Source of the DNA: Vulcanimicrobiota bacterium
Lineage (GTDB): Bacteria > Vulcanimicrobiota > Xenobia > Xenobiales > JADMJV01
Direction: 5' to 3'
NCBI GenBank assembly: GCA_050250895.1
Contig: JBFWNU010000002.1
Coordinates: forward strand, 439,659 to 503,658
DNA length: 64,000 nucleotides
The notes under the pieces are model-generated. The model was given only the letters and a program-made list of their open reading frames with translations. It did not search any database and had not been told where the DNA came from. The translations under genes were made by a program, and so were the position numbers. Below, in pieces: positions 54,898 to 62,368 of the stretch (its first letter is position 1; every line of letters starts with the position of its first letter).

Positions 54898-57800
54898 GTG
54901 AGTCAGGATGTCCAGTCATTTCTGGCCGCCTATCAAGAGAGCGGCCCAGAGTCGGTAGGCCACTTCACGCTCGACCCCAAGAAGGCTCGGGAGAAGATGA
55001 AGAAATTCCAGCTTACCGACCCCCATCGCTACGTGCTCATGCTGGCCGCCTCGGCCGTGGTTGGCCAAACCGAGTTCATTCGCTGCCACAACGATGCTGA
55101 TGACCTCATCCTGGAATACGACGGCCAGGCGCCCAGCCGTAGTGAATTGGAAAACCTCTTCGCCAGCCTCTTCGCAGGCGACGAAGAAAGCCGTGAACAT
55201 CTGCGTCTGCGTTTGCTGGCCATCGGCCTCAACGCCGCTCTGGGGTTGTCTCCCAGCACGGTGACGGTGGACAGTTGGGACGGGCAGGCGGGCCATCGGT
55301 TGGCCCTGACCCGCACCGGCGAGGGCGTTACGCGGCTCGCACAGTGCCCCTGGCCCGACCGCCAGCCGATGGTTAGAATCCATGTCCGCGAGCGAGTCAG
55401 TTGGCGGACCGTGGGGAAGTTTTTTAGTAAGCTGATGGGGCTGCCCCCCGAAGGCAAGACGATGCTGATGGGCTGCCGTTTCGCTCCCGTCGAGGTCACC
55501 GTGAACGGTCGCCCGGCCAACGGCCTGCCGGTGCTTCCTCCGCTGCTGACCTGGAGGGCGGTCAACCTGGAAGAGCACCGGCGTCCCCCCGGGACGGGGC
55601 AGATCATTTCCGACCAGAGTCTCAACCGAGCCCTGCTGTGGCTGCCCCTCGAGCCCCCCGAACAGTCGCGCATCGAGTTTGTCTGGAACGGTATCCGGGT
55701 GGCCGAGCAGCACCTCAGCCTGCCCTACGCCCAGGTCAACGCCATACTGGAGTGCGATGCGCTCAAGCTCAACGTGTCCCAGAGCGACATCGTCGACGAC
55801 GCTGCCTTTCGCGAATTGATGACCTGGTTTCGAGCCCATCTCAAACAGATGGTGCTCGAACTGGCCGCCCAGGTCGGCGTCGCGCCTGAACTCGAAGCCG
55901 CCCGCCGGCGGTTGCTGCTTGACGCCATCGGCCGCGCCGTGCGCTACGAGCCCAATCTTGACCGCTGGCGCGAGTTCAAGTCGACCCTGATCGACCTGCC
56001 GCTGTTCAAGAACGCCCAGGGACAGCAGGTGTGTCTGCGGCCAGCTCTGGAGCGCTTTCGAGCCACCGGCACCCTTTACACTACCCGGCGCCTATGGGAT
56101 GTGCCGCCCTGGGACCCGGCCGAGGTGGTGTTGCAGGCCGACGCTCAGACCGAGCCCGTCTTCACGGCCGTCTTTCCCGAGCTAACTGACGGTCATGCTT
56201 TGATGATGCAGGCGGTGGCGGCCTACGGTCGCCAGCGGGCTTTCGAGGCGCAACCCGTGCAAGAGCCGGTGCTTGGCGCTGGTCGTTGGCGAGCGCGCCA
56301 CCGACTGGAAGGCACCATCCGGGGCGAGCTGGGGCTGGTGGAAGACAACCTGCGGACCCTGTCCTTTATCGCTTTCCTGCGAGGGGGCAAGAGGCTCTGC
56401 GACCGCACCATCGACCCGGGCCACGGCCTCCCCACCGGGCTGGTGGCGGTGGTCGACCATCCCGACTTTCAGGTCGACGCCAACTGGGAGAAGGTGGTCG
56501 AGAACGAGGCCTATGTCGAGGCCATGAAGGCGCTGCGCCAGGGGGTCGAGCCGCTTTTCGAGCAGGCCATCGAACAGGGCAACTACGCGGCCGCCACCAC
56601 CTATATGGACTATCTCATCGAGCATAAGATCAAGTTCGCACCGCAAGCCCTGCGTCAGTTTCCATACTTTGTCACCCTGGGCGGAGAGCGCCTCTCCATG
56701 GAGCAACTGCGGGGCCGTCCCCTGGGTTATCTGGCCGGTCGGCCCGAGGCGGTCGAGATGGAGCAAATGACCGTCGTGGTTGGGGACGTGGCGATCGAGC
56801 GGTATTTGAGCCACTTCGTGGCGGTTCCGCTCGACGCCCGGCCAGCCTATCAAAAGGCGCTGGCCCGTCAGCGGTTTTTCGCCAAGCCTGAGCAGCCCGT
56901 ACGCCTGGGCAAAGAGATCGAGATTCGGGCACCGTTGTCCGGCCTCGAGGGCGAAATCGGACTGGAGCCCGGCCTGGCTCAGGTCATGCGGGTCGAAATC
57001 TTCCATCATCACCGGCGCCTGGCGGCTCGCTACGTCTCCGCCGGCCTGGGCGGGCTCTCGGCGGTGGTCAACGATGACAGGCTCGTGGCCACGGACGACT
57101 ATGGCGACCTGGTCGAAGAAGAACGCTGGGGCGAAATCCTACCACGGCTGTTGGCCGACGCCCGTCAGTTGGCCGAGCCGGCTTTCTTGCGCTGGCGAGA
57201 AGACCCCGAGCATCCCCTGGCCGGTCCTTTTCTACGCGGCTTGTTCTGCTTCGAAGCGGGCCTTCGTGGCCAGGGGTTTCGAGAGGATCTCGACGAGTTT
57301 CGGGCCGGCCTCATGACCTGGGAGTTCTTTCCCACCAACCACGGCTACGTCTCGCTCCAGGAACTGTTCAGCCGCGGCGAATCGTATTATCTCTTCAACC
57401 AACCCCCGCGCCCGGTGGCCGACAGCTATCTGGTGCTCACTCGCGAGCAATACAGTCAGATGAGCCGCATCCTGGGCGATTACAAGTTGATCGACGGCGG
57501 CCCTCGCCTCGAACGCGAGCTGAAGTTGGCTCAGCTCGAGCAACAACCGAGCCGTCAGGAGCTGACCCTTCCCGAGGGCGACTACGTGGCCCGGGTGGAA
57601 CTCGACGGTGAAACCGCGGGCCAGATCGGCCTCCTGGCTCGTTTGGGAGCCAGTCGCATCCTGGTCTATCGCAAGCACCATTTCCTCGAAGAGTTGGTCC
57701 GCGAGCAAACCGTGCCCATCATCGCCATCGTCAATGACGACAACCTCCGGGTCCACCCTGAGCGCTTCGGAGTGGCGGCCGACTCCCATCTCGAGGAACT

Positions 57801-59277
57801 TCTCGACCGGCTCGAAGCGGCGGCCGGGGCCCAAGTCGAAGACCTGGATCCCAAGCTTCAAGGCGATTATCTTCTGGCGCTCTTATGCCGACTGGTGGCA
57901 TCACGCCCGAAAGCTCCCCTCACGGCTAGCCTGATTTGCCGTCCGCTCTTCGAGGGCACCCGCGGCCAACCCTTGAATTACCGGCAGCTGCATCAGCAAC
58001 GCCAGGACGAGAACCGACTGTGCTTTCTCCCCACCTCTTCCCTGAGCCCAGAGCTGCTGGCTTACGTCGAGCCCGACCGCGACCTTGTCTGCCTCGATTC
58101 CCGGCAAGAGAAGGCTCTGCGTCCTTTGCTGACACCGCTCGACAACGTCAGCCGGAGCCTTCAGGTCGAGGCCAGGGCTCAGGCCAATCGCGCTCGCAGT
58201 AAAGTCGACGCCCTCGAGTTGGAAGCGCGCTTCCCCGACACCCAATGGTTGGCTCGAGTCTCTCGCCGCAACCGCTGGTACCGCGGCCAGCTGGGCCTGG
58301 CGCGTGAGGTCCGAGAGGGCGGTATCGAGTTGGTGATCGATGGGCATTGCCTGGCAACCCTCGATGTTTTCCCTGGCTGTGGCTTTATCGGCTGTATCCA
58401 GGGGCCGTTCAAGCCGACCGAAACCTGGGACGGGCTCCAGCCCGACAGCCTCGACGATGTGCGTGCCAAGCTGCTGGCCTGGCACCAGGAACTGCTGACC
58501 ACCCTGATCGCCGACTTTCCCACCCCGGCGGATCCGGGTTTTGCCTCGGCCCAGCGCTGTGTGCTGGCGTGGTGGAATCTGATCGGCAACCAGACGGGTC
58601 TCGAGCGCCAGCTCGAGCAACTGCACGTCATCCCGATCACCGAGGGGCGCTACCTGCGCATCGCCGACCTCGAGCGCGAGTTTCTGATTCGTGGCGAGTT
58701 GCGTTATTGTCGCCCCGGGCACGAGCCGACGGGGGAGGAGATGGTGTTGGTGCTCGAGGCTGGCTCCTGGTTGGAGGGCTTCATGCAGAGGTTGGCCGAA
58801 GAGGCCCTTCAGCCCCATCAACCTGCTCCTACGCCGCTCCGTCCGGCCACCCCTCGGCCCGATCCCCCCAGAGCCACGGCCCCGCCGCCCCCAGAGCCTA
58901 CACCCGTCCTGGCCCAAAAGCCCGCGCCCGAGCCCCCGCCTGAGCCCGAAGCGCCCACCATCGAGCGGGCCTTAGAGTCCGAATTTCGCCTGCTCGGCAC
59001 CTACGAACTCCATCCTCGCCTGGACCTGTTCAAGACCATCATCACTCGCTCGCTGGGTCGCGACGGCCCGATGTTCGAACTCGACCAGGCCAAAGTGACG
59101 GTCAATGGCCAACATCGCGTGGTGGAAAACATCATCCGCGCCGGCCTACCCCGCGAACGTCTCTACTTCTTGCTCTCGGCCCTGTTCTCGGTGAAAAATC
59201 GCGAGGACCAGGCTATCGAAGACAGCCACGAGCGAGACTTCCACGCCCGCATTCTAGCCACGCTCCTGGGCGGCTAG
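54898..59277 (+). CDS. Large divergent Hsp90/GHKL-like multi-repeat protein
   Basis: N-terminal FTLDP..AREK..FQL; AILECDALKLNVSQ; four internal G(E/Q)(L/I)GL repeats ~215 aa apart; VNGQHRVV after a Pro-rich linker. Confidence 0.6.
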   Translation: MSQDVQSFLAAYQESGPESVGHFTLDPKKAREKMKKFQLTDPHRYVLMLAASAVVGQTEFIRCHNDADDLILEYDGQAPSRSELENLFASLFAGDEESREHLRLRLLAIGLNAALGLSPSTVTVDSWDGQAGHRLALTRTGEGVTRLAQCPWPDRQPMVRIHVRERVSWRTVGKFFSKLMGLPPEGKTMLMGCRFAPVEVTVNGRPANGLPVLPPLLTWRAVNLEEHRRPPGTGQIISDQSLNRALLWLPLEPPEQSRIEFVWNGIRVAEQHLSLPYAQVNAILECDALKLNVSQSDIVDDAAFRELMTWFRAHLKQMVLELAAQVGVAPELEAARRRLLLDAIGRAVRYEPNLDRWREFKSTLIDLPLFKNAQGQQVCLRPALERFRATGTLYTTRRLWDVPPWDPAEVVLQADAQTEPVFTAVFPELTDGHALMMQAVAAYGRQRAFEAQPVQEPVLGAGRWRARHRLEGTIRGELGLVEDNLRTLSFIAFLRGGKRLCDRTIDPGHGLPTGLVAVVDHPDFQVDANWEKVVENEAYVEAMKALRQGVEPLFEQAIEQGNYAAATTYMDYLIEHKIKFAPQALRQFPYFVTLGGERLSMEQLRGRPLGYLAGRPEAVEMEQMTVVVGDVAIERYLSHFVAVPLDARPAYQKALARQRFFAKPEQPVRLGKEIEIRAPLSGLEGEIGLEPGLAQVMRVEIFHHHRRLAARYVSAGLGGLSAVVNDDRLVATDDYGDLVEEERWGEILPRLLADARQLAEPAFLRWREDPEHPLAGPFLRGLFCFEAGLRGQGFREDLDEFRAGLMTWEFFPTNHGYVSLQELFSRGESYYLFNQPPRPVADSYLVLTREQYSQMSRILGDYKLIDGGPRLERELKLAQLEQQPSRQELTLPEGDYVARVELDGETAGQIGLLARLGASRILVYRKHHFLEELVREQTVPIIAIVNDDNLRVHPERFGVAADSHLEELLDRLEAAAGAQVEDLDPKLQGDYLLALLCRLVASRPKAPLTASLICRPLFEGTRGQPLNYRQLHQQRQDENRLCFLPTSSLSPELLAYVEPDRDLVCLDSRQEKALRPLLTPLDNVSRSLQVEARAQANRARSKVDALELEARFPDTQWLARVSRRNRWYRGQLGLAREVREGGIELVIDGHCLATLDVFPGCGFIGCIQGPFKPTETWDGLQPDSLDDVRAKLLAWHQELLTTLIADFPTPADPGFASAQRCVLAWWNLIGNQTGLERQLEQLHVIPITEGRYLRIADLEREFLIRGELRYCRPGHEPTGEEMVLVLEAGSWLEGFMQRLAEEALQPHQPAPTPLRPATPRPDPPRATAPPPPEPTPVLAQKPAPEPPPEPEAPTIERALESEFRLLGTYELHPRLDLFKTIITRSLGRDGPMFELDQAKVTVNGQHRVVENIIRAGLPRERLYFLLSALFSVKNREDQAIEDSHERDFHARILATLLGG

Positions 59278-59301
59278 CCCTTCGGGCCGGGACAAGGAGC
59301 T

Positions 59302-59375
59302 CGCTCCCTGTCGACGCGCAGCGTCGAAATCTCCGCGCGAAGCAGTCGGCGCTCCCTGTCGGCGGCGAAGCCGAC
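59302..59375. repeat. Two REP-like hairpin units between convergent genes
   Basis: CGCTCCCTGTCG at 59302 and 59350, each running into a hairpin (TCGACGC/GCGTCGA; GTCGGC/GCCGAC). Confidence 0.6.
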
Positions 59376-59380
59376 GCGCC

Positions 59381-60550
59381 TCAGTATGGCCAGAGGGGCT
59401 TGCGGCCGTAGTCGGCGGCGTCGAGGAAGTTGCGCCAGCCGGCCGGCATGGTCTGGTCGTTGCGGTCGCGGTCGAGGGCAAAGGTGAAGCTGTGAGCGTT
59501 CTTCTGGTGCAGGACGGTCTTCTTCATGGCCTCTTTGGCGTTGCTCACGGCCTGCTGGGTCACCTCCGAGAGGGGAGCCTGAGAGAGCTTATCGAGGAAG
59601 CTGCTCATGTCGACCCGTTCGGTGAAGAAGAAGCCGGGCGATTTCGACCGGGCCAGGGCACGGCGAATGTCGGCCCGGTGACCCGATTCCAGCTCGCGGG
59701 CGAGCAGGCCGCCGAGCTGGTCGAGGGTCGGCAGGAGTTCGCTCTGCAGAGCGCGGGTATCGATGGCGGCCAGCGAGAAGGTGCCCTTCTCGGCGGTGGC
59801 GGCCCACTGGCCCAGGTCGTCGGCGGCCAGGTTTTTCTGGCTGAAGAGTTCTTCGATGGGCAGGCCCTTGGCCGGCACCACGTGGGACGAAGCCAGCACC
59901 ACCCCGGCCCAGGGGGCCAGCCGGGTCATGACTTCGAGCTGCGAGGTCAGACAGGCGTCGAGCACGGTCACATCGACCTGGGTGTCGCTCATGGTTGCGG
60001 CCAGGTCTTTGAACTTCATGCTGGCCACCTCGTCGTGCTCGCCGTGGCCCGACAAATAGATGACGTGACGGCTGTTGGGAAAGGCCTTAGCGTTGCTAAC
60101 CACCAGGTCGTGCAGACGGTTGACGCCGCTTTTGGTCACCGGCGTGGGTTGCGAGCCCTGACCGATGGTGTAGCGGGCGCCGGCCTGCCAGTTGGGGGCG
60201 GCCGAGGCGGCAGAAATCATGCTATAGCCGCTCAGCAGCGTCACCGGAGCCAGGGCCATGCCGGCGAACATACCGAATTGGGCTCCGGCCACCGCGCCCA
60301 CCAGCGCTCCGGCGGCCAGGGGAGCGGCCATCAACAGAACTCCCATCTTCTTGGCCGAGGCGGCGTCGCGGCGCTGGCCGTCGACCACTACGGTCAACCC
60401 CGAGTCGGCCTTTTGAAAGGCGCGCTCGAACTGGTCGATTCCGCGCAAGACCTGCTTTTCGATGCCGGAGGCCTGGCCATCGATATAGGCGCTGACCACG
60501 GTGTGGCTGGGAGCAAGCCTGGGTTGGACGGTGGCGGCTGCGATTTTCAT
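59381..60550 (-). CDS. Clostripain-like (clan CD) cysteine peptidase with Gly-rich hydrophobic segment
   Basis: HVIYLSGHG and VLDACL dyad motifs; TATGGT-N6-ATG. Confidence 0.7.
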   Translation of the reverse strand: MKIAAATVQPRLAPSHTVVSAYIDGQASGIEKQVLRGIDQFERAFQKADSGLTVVVDGQRRDAASAKKMGVLLMAAPLAAGALVGAVAGAQFGMFAGMALAPVTLLSGYSMISAASAAPNWQAGARYTIGQGSQPTPVTKSGVNRLHDLVVSNAKAFPNSRHVIYLSGHGEHDEVASMKFKDLAATMSDTQVDVTVLDACLTSQLEVMTRLAPWAGVVLASSHVVPAKGLPIEELFSQKNLAADDLGQWAATAEKGTFSLAAIDTRALQSELLPTLDQLGGLLARELESGHRADIRRALARSKSPGFFFTERVDMSSFLDKLSQAPLSEVTQQAVSNAKEAMKKTVLHQKNAHSFTFALDRDRNDQTMPAGWRNFLDAADYGRKPLWPY

Positions 60551-60627
60551 GGGCTGACCATAACGTGACTTCTCGTCGGGTTTTTTGCCGGGATTTGAAC
60601 AGCACGGTGGCGAACGGATTCCCCGCT

Positions 60628-61995
60628 ATGGCCAACGACCCCATCGTTCTCTGGAACGAGTTTCTCGATAAATGCGAGTTTGTCTATCTGACCGACCATC
60701 CCCGAGGCGTTCCCCTCGACTGGTTGCAAGAATTGCAGAACTTCACTCCGGCCGACCCCTTCGAGGCCGAGTTGCTGGCTCGTTTGAGCCAGGCCGAGCC
60801 CGACCAGTTCCGGTCCATCTTCAGCAGCTTTCTAGCCCGGCGCGGACCCACCACCTTGATGCAGGCTCCCAAGGTGCCCCTGCGGTTGGTGCTGGAAGAC
60901 CCAACCAGCGAGCCGGCCGACGTGCTCATCGCTTGCGGTGACTGGGATCGGGTGGGCCAGTATGTGCTCGAACGCGCCGGCCCGACGGCGGCCGAATTTT
61001 GGGCCAGCCAACCCCAGGACGTTCCCGTCGGCGTCGACCCTGGCAAGCTGCCCTGCCTGAAGCTGATTCTGTTGCCTCGTATCGAATCGGCCTCGCCCCG
61101 CGACCTGCGCAATCTGTGCAAGAAGGCGCTGGCCATGGCCGGCCAGGTCGAGGCCCGTCGGGTGGTGATGACCCACGTGCCCTCGACCCACCCCGAGCTC
61201 TCCGACGAGTTCGCTGCTGCCGAGGTGGTCAGTGCCGCTCGCGACTTTTTGCTCGGTCACAAAGAGGCATCGCTGAGGCTGGCCGTCTTTCATCGCCGCA
61301 CCTATCCCCACTATTTGCGTTGGCTCAAGACACTGGGAGCGACCCAGCCCCTCGAGGCCGACGATGCGCCACCGGTCGACAGCCCTTCGGCTCCGGCCTT
61401 CGAGCGGATCCTGGCCGGAGGGCGCGAGCTGGTGGGCACGGTCGGCGAGCGTCTGCAGGGGGCGCTCGGGGCCGGTCGCCGCATGCTCGAAGGCGGCTGG
61501 CTGCCCACCTACGAGACTCGCCAGGCCCAGATGCGGCTTGAATTAGGCGACCACGATGGGGCTCTCGAGCTGTTGGGTCGGTTTGGCGATACCGGTCGGG
61601 CTCTGCCCGAATTCGTCAAGTCGCTCATCTGCTACGATCGCTATCTGCGCCAGGGCGAAGAGGCCGACTTGATTCTGGCTCGGGCCGGGCTCGAGCGGCT
61701 GCTGGTCGAGTCGGCTCCCACCGTCGAAGCCCGGCTGCAGCTCAATCTCGCCCTGGCCATGTGCTATCAATTGGACGGACGAGGCAAGCTGGCCATCGAT
61801 CTGCTTCATCAGGTCGGTCAAGGATTACGCAGCCTCGAGCGTCTCGACCAGGCCGAGCAGATCGACCAGCTCGCCTTGGCTTTTGCCGAGTCTCCCAGGG
61901 CCAAGCCCTTCCTGCGCGGCACGGCCCCTCTCGAGGGAGACTCCATCGAGGTGGCCATGCCCTTTCATCAAGGCACCCTGGCCGGAGGAGGGTAA
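60628..61995 (+). CDS. Hypothetical protein: degenerate macro-like domain + TPR-like C-terminus
   Basis: ADVLI...ALAMA...RRVVM...AAEVVSAARDFL...LAVF pattern; helical repeats; start ATG 60628 inferred. Confidence 0.5.
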   Translation: MANDPIVLWNEFLDKCEFVYLTDHPRGVPLDWLQELQNFTPADPFEAELLARLSQAEPDQFRSIFSSFLARRGPTTLMQAPKVPLRLVLEDPTSEPADVLIACGDWDRVGQYVLERAGPTAAEFWASQPQDVPVGVDPGKLPCLKLILLPRIESASPRDLRNLCKKALAMAGQVEARRVVMTHVPSTHPELSDEFAAAEVVSAARDFLLGHKEASLRLAVFHRRTYPHYLRWLKTLGATQPLEADDAPPVDSPSAPAFERILAGGRELVGTVGERLQGALGAGRRMLEGGWLPTYETRQAQMRLELGDHDGALELLGRFGDTGRALPEFVKSLICYDRYLRQGEEADLILARAGLERLLVESAPTVEARLQLNLALAMCYQLDGRGKLAIDLLHQVGQGLRSLERLDQAEQIDQLALAFAESPRAKPFLRGTAPLEGDSIEVAMPFHQGTLAGGG

Positions 61996-62063
61996 TCCCC
62001 CACTTCAGGTCCGCCGGACCGGGTCGAAAAAGTTAGGGCAAACTGAAAGGAACTCTAACTCGA

Positions 62064-62276
62064 ATGAACCTCTTGCTGAACGGACTCGTAACCTTGTCGC
62101 TGCTGGGCGGCCCCGTCTACACCGACGTCAATCCCGAGGCTATCCAACTGTCGCCCGCCAAGAATCCCGTGGCCATCGTGGCCATGGCCAATCCCGATGA
62201 GCATCACGATAAGAAAGACAAGGACAAACACGACCAGGACAAGCACGACGACCATCACGACAAAGGTCACCACTAA
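62064..62276 (+). CDS. Small exported His/Asp/Lys-rich peptide
   Basis: Hydrophobic N-terminus then DEHHDKKDKDKHDQDKHDDHHDKGHH; followed by a terminator. Confidence 0.65.
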   Translation: MNLLLNGLVTLSLLGGPVYTDVNPEAIQLSPAKNPVAIVAMANPDEHHDKKDKDKHDQDKHDDHHDKGHH

Positions 62277-62301
62277 CCACAAATCTTGTGAGCCCCCGGT
62301 T

Positions 62302-62331
62302 GCCCTGGCTTCGGCCAGGGCTCTTTTTGTT
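62302..62331 (+). terminator. Intrinsic terminator
   Basis: GCCCTGGC-TTCG-GCCAGGGC then TCTTTTTGTT. Confidence 0.85.
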
Positions 62332-62368
62332 GCCAGGGAAACCTCGGGTGGGCCACAAAGGTGCGGTT

